A DNA stretch of 64,000 nucleotides, from positions 81,757 through 145,756 of the forward strand of contig CAWGXZ010000007.1 in NCBI GenBank assembly GCA_963826695.1, written 5' to 3'. The notes beneath the pieces were generated by a model. That model made no database searches. It was not told the origin of the DNA and saw only the letters and a list, made by a program, of their open reading frames with translations. Both the position numbers and the translations under genes were made by a program. The DNA comes from an uncultured beta proteobacterium (GTDB lineage: Bacteria > Pseudomonadota > Gammaproteobacteria > Burkholderiales > Burkholderiaceae_C). Numbering within the stretch: the stretch's first letter is position 1; each line of letters opens with the position of its first letter. Below are positions 41,847 through 49,935 of the stretch, piece after piece.

Positions 41847-42942
41847 GGTCGAGCGTCCAGACGCCGTGCGGCGAGCGGCCCACGGCAACCTGGCGTACGA
41901 CGCTGCGCTTCTGGGTATCGATGACGGTCAGGCGTCGCGCCCAGCGCGAGGTGACGAAGAGCGTGCGCCCATCCGCCGAAAGGTCCATGCAGTCAGGTCC
42001 GCCAGGCGCCGGGTACTCGGCAACGGCGGACAGTGTCTCGAGGTCGAGCTTGCTGATGGTGTTGGCGATCCGGTTGCTCACCAGCACATGGCGACCGTCG
42101 CCGACTGAACGGAAGGCGTGCGCGCCCGCCCCGGTGACGATGCGCTTGACGAGTCGCGGCTGCGCCTGACTGACGTCGTAAACCTCGACGTGGCGATCAC
42201 CGGTCAGGCCGACCAGCAGCAGCCGGTCGTCGGGGCTGAGGTAAACATCGGCGGGCATCTTGCCAACGGGAATCCGCCAGCGCGGCTTCTGCGTCGACAG
42301 ATCGACGGCCATCAGCTCGTCGCTGTCCTGCAACGACGCATAGATGACGCTGCTGCGGCTGTCGATCGCCAAATGGCTCGGCGTTCTTCCCGCCGGGATG
42401 CGGGCCACCAGCTGCGCCGGGCGTTTTGCATCCTGCGGCTCCCAGCGGTAGAGATCGATCCGGTCCAGCCGGTTCGACGCGGTCACCAGCCACTTCATGT
42501 CGGGCGAGAAGCGCAGGTGGTAGGGATCGGGAATGCCGCCGATCACCCGCTGCACCTCGGCGGTTGCCGGGTCGATCAACGTCAGGCTGTCGCTGAGCGC
42601 ACTGGCCACCAGCAGCGACTTCTCGTCGGGCGCCAGATACAGATGGTGTGGCTCCTTGCCGGTCGGAATCCGCTTGATCTCGGTGAAAGTCTGCGGATCG
42701 ATGACGCTGATACTGGCGTCGAGCGAATTGAGCACGAAGATCGGCCGCGTCGGAGCGGCAGCGGCCGTGGTCAGCGCCAGGACGTTGCCGGTGGCGAGCA
42801 CCAGGCTGCCGAGCGTCGCGGCAATGCGACCAATCCGGCGTCCGATCGAGCGTGCAGCCAGGCGGCCGCCAGGATCGCCGCTGACGACTGTGCCCTGATG
42901 AGGGGCGCGCCCCGCGTGCACGCCGGTGATGGTGCTATTCAC
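41830..42942 (-). CDS. YncE/YVTN-type beta-propeller repeat protein, exported
   Basis: An Arg-rich signal (SIGRRIGRIAATLGSLVLATG) is followed by repeated blades of about 40 aa (GKEPHHLYLAPDEKSLLV, PDPYHLRFSPDMKWLV, RTPSHLAIDSRSSVIY, KMPADVYLSPDDRLLLV, GPDCMDLSADGRTLFV, RSPHGV). The start is uncertain. GTG 42942 overlaps the upstream gene by 8 nt. Confidence 0.7.
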   Translation of the reverse strand: MNSTITGVHAGRAPHQGTVVSGDPGGRLAARSIGRRIGRIAATLGSLVLATGNVLALTTAAAAPTRPIFVLNSLDASISVIDPQTFTEIKRIPTGKEPHHLYLAPDEKSLLVASALSDSLTLIDPATAEVQRVIGGIPDPYHLRFSPDMKWLVTASNRLDRIDLYRWEPQDAKRPAQLVARIPAGRTPSHLAIDSRSSVIYASLQDSDELMAVDLSTQKPRWRIPVGKMPADVYLSPDDRLLLVGLTGDRHVEVYDVSQAQPRLVKRIVTGAGAHAFRSVGDGRHVLVSNRIANTISKLDLETLSAVAEYPAPGGPDCMDLSADGRTLFVTSRWARRLTVIDTQKRSVVRQVAVGRSPHGVWTLDHAPRR

Positions 42943-43810
42943 CGTCGCCGTCGCCGTCGCCAAAGCCGTCGAACCCGCCGCCGCTGCTGCCGCCGGAGCC
43001 GAGCATTCCACCGAGCACCCCGCCGGCACCGAGTCCCGCGAGACCGCCCAGCAGGCTGCCTTCCTCTCGCCCGCCAGAGCCACGCTGCGGCGCCGCAGCG
43101 AAGATCCTCGAGGCCAAACGCGAGAACGGCAGGCTCTGCAGCCAGACACTGCCCGGGCCGCTGACCTTGGCGAAAAACAGGCCTTCGCCACCGAACAGGG
43201 CCGTCTTGATCTTGCCGACGTACTGGATCTCGAAGTTCACGTTCGGCGTGAAGCCGACGACGCAGCCGGTGTCGATCAGCAGGGTCTCGCCAGCGGCCAG
43301 GTCGCGGCGCATGACCGAGCCGCCTGCATGCACGAAGGCCAACCCGTCACCTTCGAGCCGCTGCATGATGAAACCCTCGCCGCCGAAGAAGCCGACCGAG
43401 AGGCGCTGCTGGAAGTAGATGCCGAGCGATACGCCGCGGGCGGCACAAAGGAACGAATCCTTCTGGCAGATGAATGTGCCACCCATCCGGCTCAGATCCA
43501 TCGGCAGGATCTTCCCCGGGTACGGCGCAGCGAAAGCAACCTTGCGCTTCAGCCCCGTCGCGTTGGTGTAGACCGTCGTGAACAGCGACTCGCCGGTGAC
43601 CAGCCGCTTTCCGGCGCCGAGCAGCTTGCCGAACAGGCCGCCCGAGGACGAGCGGGCACCGTCGCCGAACACCGTGTCCATCTGGATGCCGGCGTCCATG
43701 TACATCAGGCTGCCGGCCTCGCCCACGGCGGCCTCGTTCGGGTCGAGTTCGATCTCGACAAACTGCATCTCCGAGCCCTTGATCTCGAAGTCGACGACGT
43801 CCATGCCCAT
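42935..43810 (-). CDS. TIGR00266/AIM24 (DUF124) family protein with a Gly-rich acidic tail
   Basis: MGMDVVDFEIKGSEMQFVEIELDPNEAAVGEAGSLMYMD...FGGEGFIMQRLEG...GGEGLFFAKVSGPGSVWLQSLP. The tail reads GGLAGLGAGGVLGGMLGSGGSSGGGFDGFGDGDGDGE. Confidence 0.75.
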   Translation of the reverse strand: MGMDVVDFEIKGSEMQFVEIELDPNEAAVGEAGSLMYMDAGIQMDTVFGDGARSSSGGLFGKLLGAGKRLVTGESLFTTVYTNATGLKRKVAFAAPYPGKILPMDLSRMGGTFICQKDSFLCAARGVSLGIYFQQRLSVGFFGGEGFIMQRLEGDGLAFVHAGGSVMRRDLAAGETLLIDTGCVVGFTPNVNFEIQYVGKIKTALFGGEGLFFAKVSGPGSVWLQSLPFSRLASRIFAAAPQRGSGGREEGSLLGGLAGLGAGGVLGGMLGSGGSSGGGFDGFGDGDGDGE

Positions 43811-43858
43811 GTTCAGTGATTCTTCCGGTTGGCTTGATGCTTCGACAGGACTTCGCGG

Positions 43859-44743
43859 CTAGACCGCCACCCCGGCAACGCCGTTCGCGGCGAACCAGGC
43901 CAGACACCGCTTCCAGCCGTCGGCCGCGGCCTCGGCGCGGAAGCTGGGTCGGTAATCGGCATGAAAGGCATGCGGTGCATCGGGGTAAACCACGAACTCC
44001 GAGCGTCGCGCCGGCGCGCTGCCATTGGCCAGCTGCGATTTCATGACATCGATGTCGGCGACCGGGATACCCGTGTCGGCGCTGCCGTAGAGGCCGAGCA
44101 CGGGTGCGCGAAGCCGTACGACGGCATCGACGGGATGGGTCGGTGCCAGCGGCGTCGGCGCACCGAGCAGGCGGCCGTACCAGGCCACGCCCGCCTGCAC
44201 CGCCGGGCTGTGCGCGGCATAGAGCCAGGTGATGCGGCCGCCCCAGCAGAAGCCCGTGATGGCAGCCTTGTCAGCCGCACCGCCGTTGGCGCGTGCCCAG
44301 GCGAGCGTCGCGTCGAGATCGGCCATCGCCTCCGCGTCGGACTTCTTCGACACCACCTCGGCGATCAGCTTCGCGGTGTCGGTGTAGGACTGGGCATTCC
44401 CCTGCCGCGCGAACAGCTCCGGCGCGACCGCGAGGTAGCCCTGGCGGGCAAAGCGCCGCGTCACGTCGGCGATATGCGCATGCACGCCGAAGATTTCCGG
44501 GACGACCAGCACCACCGGCAAACCCGAGCGACCCGCCGGCGCAGCCCGGTACGCCGGCATGGCGAAGCCACCGACGTCGATCATCACCGCGCCGGCGGTC
44601 AGCCCGCTGGCATCGGTGGTGATCGTCTGCGCACCGACCGGAAGCACCGACGCGGCAAAGCTGCTGCCGATCGCGCCGGCGACGAATTCGCGCCGGCTGA
44701 ATGGGCGCAGCGACTCGGGCGCTTCGCGGTCGTGAATTGGCAT
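43859..44743 (-). CDS. Dienelactone hydrolase family protein with a Tat signal
   Basis: SRREFVAGAIGSSFAASVLPVGAQ is a twin-arginine signal. ITGFCWGG is the nucleophile-elbow Cys motif. YPDAPHAF is near the C-terminus. Confidence 0.8.
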   Translation of the reverse strand: MPIHDREAPESLRPFSRREFVAGAIGSSFAASVLPVGAQTITTDASGLTAGAVMIDVGGFAMPAYRAAPAGRSGLPVVLVVPEIFGVHAHIADVTRRFARQGYLAVAPELFARQGNAQSYTDTAKLIAEVVSKKSDAEAMADLDATLAWARANGGAADKAAITGFCWGGRITWLYAAHSPAVQAGVAWYGRLLGAPTPLAPTHPVDAVVRLRAPVLGLYGSADTGIPVADIDVMKSQLANGSAPARRSEFVVYPDAPHAFHADYRPSFRAEAAADGWKRCLAWFAANGVAGVAV

Positions 44744-44866
44744 TGCAGGCTCCAGCAGGGGACCACCTGGCCCGGGTCGGGCAGGTGGTGGGCGATTCTA
44801 GGAGAGGGCTGCCCAAAGACCGACCGACGCCCATTTCCCCTGCCGCAGTGCCCTGACAATCGCGCG

Positions 44867-46435
44867 ATGTCCGAGCAACCCGCCTCAATCCGTGACAACA
44901 GCCTCGCCAGCGCCACGCCGCTGGCGGCTATCGACATCGGCTCGAACAGCTTTCGCCTCGAGATCGGCCAGCTCACCGGCGGGCGCTACCGGCGGGTCGA
45001 CTACATCAAGGAGAGCGTGCGCCTCGGCGCCGGCCTCGACGACAAGGCCTTCCTGACCGAGGAGGCGGTGGTTCGCGGCCTGGCCTGCCTGAGCCGCTTC
45101 GCCCAGCGCCTGGCCGGGTTCGCCGCCACGCAGGTGCGCGCGGTGGCGACGCAGACCTTGCGCGAGGCGCGCAACCGCGATGCCTTCCTGTTGCGCGCGG
45201 AAGCCGCACTCGGCTATCCGATCGAGGTCGTCTCGGGCCGCGAAGAGGCCCGGCTGATCTTCGCGGGCGTCGCACGGCTTCAGGTCTCGAGCGTGCCGCG
45301 CCTGGTGGTCGACATCGGTGGTCGCTCGACGGAGATGATCGTCGGCGTGGGACGCCGGCCGCTGCGCGCCGAATCGTTCCGCATCGGCAGCGTCAGCCTG
45401 TCGATGGCGTACTTTCCGGACGGGCGGTTCACCGAGCAGGCGTTCCGGTCTGGCGCAGATCGCTGCGGGTGCCGAGCTCGAGGAGGCGTTGCAGCCCTTC
45501 GCGCCGTCGCAGCTGGCAGGAAGCGCTCGGTTCGTCGGGCACGGCAGGCGCGGTCTCGCAGGTGCTTGATTGCCAGCGGCATCAGCGACGGCGTCATCAC
45601 GCCGGACGGCCTGCGCTGGCTGACGCAGCAGTGCCTGCGCGCCGGCCGCGCCGACAAGCTCAGCCTGCCGGGGTTGAAGGACGACCGGCGCCATGTGATC
45701 GGTGGCGGCCTGGCGATTCTCACCACCCTGGCAGCCCAGTTCGACATTCAGCGGCTGCAACCGGCGCGCGGTGCCTTGCGCCAAGGTGTGCTGTTCGAGT
45801 TGAACGACCGGTTGCAGGCGGGTCGACCGGTGGGCGATGGCAGCGCCGCCGGCGAGGACATCCGCGACAGCTCGGTGCGCGAGCTGCAGGAGCGATTCGA
45901 TGTCGACCTCGAGCAGGCCACCCGGGTCGGCGCCGTTGCCAGCGCGCTCTACGACGGCGCCTTTCCGACGATGTCGGGCGTTGCGCCGTGCGAGCCCCGC
46001 GCCGAAGCGCGGTGCGAATTGCTCTGGGCAGCGGCGCTGCACGAGATCGGCATGTCGCTGTCGCATCACGACCACCACCGGCACAGTGCGTACATGCTGT
46101 CGCATGCCGACGCCGCGGGCTTCTCGCAGTCGCAACAGCGGCGGCTCGGCGAGTTGCTGCTGGCGCAGCGTGGCGGTCTGCGCAAGGTCGAACTGCAGCT
46201 CGCCGAGCCTTCGTTTGCCTGGCAGGCGCTGTGTCTTCGGCTGGCGGTCATCAAGTGCCACGCCCGGCGTGGCGTGGACGCATCGGCGCTGCAGCTGCAG
46301 CGCAGTGGCGAGCAGGCCGTGCTCAGCCTCGCACCGGGTTGGGCCGAACGCAATCCGCGGACGATGTTCCTGCTCGAGGCCGAAGCCGTGTCCTGGGAGC
46401 GCAACGGCCCGCTGCGCTTGCTGATCGCCAGGTAG
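44867..46435 (+). CDS. ppx: Exopolyphosphatase (Ppx/GppA family); ORF open, but about 120 nt appear to be read out of frame (see findings)
   Basis: LAAIDIGSNSFRLEIG...VRAVATQTLREARN...VSGREEARLIFAGV...VVDIGGRSTE, plus a C-terminal HD-like region (LHEIGMSLSHHDHHRHSAYML). Confidence 0.85.
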   Translation: MSEQPASIRDNSLASATPLAAIDIGSNSFRLEIGQLTGGRYRRVDYIKESVRLGAGLDDKAFLTEEAVVRGLACLSRFAQRLAGFAATQVRAVATQTLREARNRDAFLLRAEAALGYPIEVVSGREEARLIFAGVARLQVSSVPRLVVDIGGRSTEMIVGVGRRPLRAESFRIGSVSLSMAYFPDGRFTEQAFRSGADRCGCRARGGVAALRAVAAGRKRSVRRARQARSRRCLIASGISDGVITPDGLRWLTQQCLRAGRADKLSLPGLKDDRRHVIGGGLAILTTLAAQFDIQRLQPARGALRQGVLFELNDRLQAGRPVGDGSAAGEDIRDSSVRELQERFDVDLEQATRVGAVASALYDGAFPTMSGVAPCEPRAEARCELLWAAALHEIGMSLSHHDHHRHSAYMLSHADAAGFSQSQQRRLGELLLAQRGGLRKVELQLAEPSFAWQALCLRLAVIKCHARRGVDASALQLQRSGEQAVLSLAPGWAERNPRTMFLLEAEAVSWERNGPLRLLIAR

Positions 46436-46443
46436 TCCGCGGG

Positions 46444-46908
46444 TCAGAGTTGCTCGGGCGATTGCACGCCGAGCAGCAGCACCTCGCCGGCCTCGCGGTC
46501 ACGCGAGCGGAACCACCAAACAGCGCCCTTGCGGATCGACCAGCTCTGCGACCGGCCGGTGAGCAAGCGGGCAGCGAGAAGCCCCAGCGTCGGCTGGTGG
46601 CCGACAAGCACCGTCACCTGGCTCGCCGACGGCCAGCCGCTGGCCTGGAGCACCGATTCCACATCGCTGTCGGGCGCCAGTTCGGGCAGCGTCTCGGCCT
46701 GCCGGCCCAGCGCCAGCGCCGTTTGTTGCGTGCGACGCGCCGGGCTGGCAACGACTCTCGCAGCGTCCGGCAAGCGGGCGTTCAGCCACTGGGCCATCCG
46801 TGCCGCCTGACGCTGGCCATGGGGCGTGAGCGCCCGGTCGAGATCGCGCTGGCCCGGGCCGGCGTCTTCGGCCTCGGCATGGCGCCAGAGAATCAGGTCC
46901 ATCGCCAA
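46444..46908 (-). CDS. sixA: Phosphohistidine phosphatase SixA
   Basis: LILWRHAEA is the RHG-type catalytic motif, with LTPHGQRQA...VGHQPTLG following. Length is 154 aa. It lies 24 nt downstream of ppk1. Confidence 0.8.
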   Translation of the reverse strand: MAMDLILWRHAEAEDAGPGQRDLDRALTPHGQRQAARMAQWLNARLPDAARVVASPARRTQQTALALGRQAETLPELAPDSDVESVLQASGWPSASQVTVLVGHQPTLGLLAARLLTGRSQSWSIRKGAVWWFRSRDREAGEVLLLGVQSPEQL

Positions 46909-46932
46909 GCTCCTGAGGATCGGTGCGTGTTT

Positions 46933-49086
46933 TCAATAGCGGCGCATCAGCGCCTGCTGTGCGCTGGGGCCATCCTCGGCCACCCGCTGATAACTGCCGT
47001 CGGCCTGCATGTCCCACGCGTCCTTGCGGTCGTGCAGATACGGCACCAAACACTCGTCGATGACCCGCTGGCGCATGGCCGGTGCCCGGATCGGCCAGGC
47101 GACCTCGATGCGACGGACCATGTTGCGGTGCATCCAGTCGGCGCTCGACAGATAGAGCACCTCGTCGGCCTCGCCCGGGCCCCAGCGGAAATAGAGCACC
47201 CGCGTGTGTTCGAGGAAACGCCCGACCACCGAGCGGACCCGGATGCGGTCCTGCACCTGCAGCAGGCCCGGCTGCAGCATGCAGGCACCGCGGACGATCA
47301 GGTCGATCTGCGCACCGGCCTGCGCGGCGCGGAGCAGCGCCTTGATCAGCGGCCCTTCGGTCAGCGCATTCACCTTGAGGACGATGCGCGCCGGGCGGCC
47401 GGCCGTGGCGGACGACGCAACCCGGTCGATGGCCTCGACCAGCTGCCGGTGCAGCGAGAACGGCGCCTGCAGCAACTGGCGCAGCGGCCGGGTTCGGCCG
47501 AGGCTCGCCAGCTGCTGGAACACCGCGTCGACATCGGCGGTCAGGTCGCCATCGGCACTGAGATAGCCGACATCGGTATAGAGCCGCGCCGTGTTGGGGT
47601 TGTAGTTGCCGGTCGAGAGATGCGCATAGCGGCGCAGCCACTGGCCGCCACCACGCTGCGGGATCCTCTCGCGACGCGTCACCAGCAGCAGCTTCGCATG
47701 CGTCTTCAGCCCGACGATGCCGTAGACCACCTGGGCGCCGACCGCTTCGAGCCGCTCGGCCCAGTTGATGTTGGCTTCCTCGTCGAAGCGCGCCTTCAGT
47801 TCGACGACAACGAGCACCTCCTTGCCGCGGCGCGCGCCATCGATCAGCAGGTCCATCAGCGGCGATTCGCTGCCGGTGCGATAGATGGTCTGCTTGATCG
47901 CCAGCACCTCGGGGTCGCGCACCGCCTCGCCCAGGAACTCGACCACGGGGTCGAAGGATTCGAAGGGGTGATGCAGCAGCAGATCGCTTTCGCGCAACCG
48001 CGCAAAGATCGACTTGCCGCGCGGCCAGCGGCGCTCCGGCCAGACCGGCTGGTAGGGCTCGAAACGCAGCGCCGGGCGCGCCGCCACCGCGTCCGCGCCG
48101 CCCACCTGCTTCAACACGCGCCGTGCCGGGTCGCTCACCTGGTCGATCAGCTGGTTGAGGCGCACCAGGTTGACCGGCCCGTCGACGCGGTAAAGCGCCT
48201 CGTCGCTCAGCTCGTACTGCTGCAGCAGGAAATCCGAAAGCTCGCTCGGGCAACTGCTCACCACCTCGATGCGGATGGCGCGGCCGAAATGCCGGGTCAT
48301 CAGGCCGCTGCGCAGCGCCTGGCGGAGGTTGAGAACGTCGTCCTCGTCGACCGTCAGGTCCGAATCGCGGGTGACGCGGAACTGCGAAAAGGTTTCGACG
48401 TCGCGGCCCGGAAACAGCTCGGCAAGGTGGGCACGGATGACGCTGGTCAGCAGCACGAAGGCCTGTGACGCGCCCGACAACCGCGGCGGCAACTTGATGA
48501 CCCGCGGCAGGATTCGGGGCACCTTGACGATGGCGATGGTGTTGGCGCGACCGAAGGCATCCTTGCCGCCGAGCCGGGCAATGAAATTGAGCGACTTGTT
48601 GGCAACCTGCGGGAATGGATGCGAGGGGTCGAGCCCCACCGGCACGAGCAGCGGCCGGACCTGGCTTTCGAAGAAGTCTGCGACCCACTCGCGCTGGGCC
48701 GCATCACGCTCGCCATGGTTGAGGATGACGATCTGCTGCTGCGCAAGCAGCGGCATGACATCACGGTTGAAGGCGGCGTACTGGTCGTCGACCAGCGCAC
48801 GTGCATTCGCCGCGACCGCCTGGACATCGCCGAGCGAAACGCCGGTACCGGGCAACCGGGCTGCCTCGATGTAGTCGGCGAAGCGCACCTCGAAGAATTC
48901 GTCGAGATTGGACGAGACGATGCAGATGTAGCGAAGCCGCTCGAGCAGCGGCACGTCGCTGCGGCGCGCCTGGGCGAGAACCCGCCGGTTGAAATCGAGG
49001 ATCGCGCATTCGCGGCTGACGACCGGCGACACGGCCAGGCTGGCAGGCCCGGCGACGGCGGCAGCGACAGGAGCATCTGGATTCAT
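46933..49086 (-). CDS. ppk1: Polyphosphate kinase 1
   Basis: ILDFNRRVLAQARRSDVPLLERLRYICIVSSNLDEFFEVRF...GLKTHAKLLLV...LSTGNYN...GRFLEHTRV. Start trimmed to ATG 49086 (MNPDAPV). Confidence 0.92.
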   Translation of the reverse strand: MNPDAPVAAAVAGPASLAVSPVVSRECAILDFNRRVLAQARRSDVPLLERLRYICIVSSNLDEFFEVRFADYIEAARLPGTGVSLGDVQAVAANARALVDDQYAAFNRDVMPLLAQQQIVILNHGERDAAQREWVADFFESQVRPLLVPVGLDPSHPFPQVANKSLNFIARLGGKDAFGRANTIAIVKVPRILPRVIKLPPRLSGASQAFVLLTSVIRAHLAELFPGRDVETFSQFRVTRDSDLTVDEDDVLNLRQALRSGLMTRHFGRAIRIEVVSSCPSELSDFLLQQYELSDEALYRVDGPVNLVRLNQLIDQVSDPARRVLKQVGGADAVAARPALRFEPYQPVWPERRWPRGKSIFARLRESDLLLHHPFESFDPVVEFLGEAVRDPEVLAIKQTIYRTGSESPLMDLLIDGARRGKEVLVVVELKARFDEEANINWAERLEAVGAQVVYGIVGLKTHAKLLLVTRRERIPQRGGGQWLRRYAHLSTGNYNPNTARLYTDVGYLSADGDLTADVDAVFQQLASLGRTRPLRQLLQAPFSLHRQLVEAIDRVASSATAGRPARIVLKVNALTEGPLIKALLRAAQAGAQIDLIVRGACMLQPGLLQVQDRIRVRSVVGRFLEHTRVLYFRWGPGEADEVLYLSSADWMHRNMVRRIEVAWPIRAPAMRQRVIDECLVPYLHDRKDAWDMQADGSYQRVAEDGPSAQQALMRRY

Positions 49087-49148
49087 GCGGCAGTCTAAAA
49101 ACCTTCCGTGACGAACTCGTGACGGCGCTGCGCCGTGCGCAGCACGGC

Positions 49149-49889
49149 TCAGCCCTTGCCGCGTGCCGCCGCCAGTCGCTGTTCGATCTGCTCGGTACCG
49201 ATGGCCCCGGGCACCCGCTGTCCGTCTTCGAAGACCAGCGCCGGCGTGCCTGTTACCTTGTACTTGCGACCGAAGGCGGTGTTGCGCTGCAATGCCGACG
49301 CGTCGCAGTTGCCGATCGCCCGTGGTGCCGGGTTCGAGTCGATCATCCAGTCCTGCCACGCCTTGGTGCTGTCCTTGGCGCACCAGATGTTTCGGCTTTT
49401 CTCGACCGAATCACTTCCCAGGATCGGATAGAGGAAGGTATAGACGGTGACGTTGCGAACCTTCAGCAAATCCTTCTCGAAACGCTTGCAATAGCCGCAA
49501 TTCGGGTCGACGAATACAGCCAGCCGCCGTTCGCCATTGCCCTGCTTGCGAACCACCGCATCTTTCAGCGGCAGGACCGCAAAGTCGATCGCCGTCAGCT
49601 TGGCGATGCGCGCTTCGGTCAGGTTGCTGCGCGTGCGGGTGTCGATCATCTGACCTTCGATCACATGATTGCCCTGCTCGTCGGCGTAGTAGATATCGCT
49701 GCCGGTGCGCACTTCGTACAGACCGGGAATCGGTGTCTTGACCACCTCGTCGATCTTCGGGAAATCGGGAAGCCGCTCGGCGATGTTCTTGCGAATTGCC
49801 GCCTCCTGGGCGCCGGCGGCCTGCGCCAGCAGGAGTGCGGAAATCGCAAGCGGTCGCAGCAGTCGGATCGGCAGGCGGGACGTTTTCAT
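49149..49889 (-). CDS. dsbC: Thiol:disulfide interchange protein DsbC/DsbG family
   Basis: A signal peptide, an N-terminal dimerisation domain (PIPGLYEV) and a thioredoxin fold with FVDPNCGYCKRF...GTPALVF. Confidence 0.85.
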   Translation of the reverse strand: MKTSRLPIRLLRPLAISALLLAQAAGAQEAAIRKNIAERLPDFPKIDEVVKTPIPGLYEVRTGSDIYYADEQGNHVIEGQMIDTRTRSNLTEARIAKLTAIDFAVLPLKDAVVRKQGNGERRLAVFVDPNCGYCKRFEKDLLKVRNVTVYTFLYPILGSDSVEKSRNIWCAKDSTKAWQDWMIDSNPAPRAIGNCDASALQRNTAFGRKYKVTGTPALVFEDGQRVPGAIGTEQIEQRLAAARGKG

Positions 49890-49935
49890 GGGCAGTTCCA
49901 GTTCAAGCGAGTGCATGGCGCGGGTCTTGAGCGTT

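Noticed and set aside
44762-44789. 8-bp inverted repeat ACCACCTG-N12-CAGGTGGT in the DLH/ppx divergent region, considered as a Pho-box-type control element for ppx
   Set aside because: It does not resemble the CTGTCAT direct-repeat Pho box. A short GC-rich inverted repeat of this size is expected by chance in this composition.
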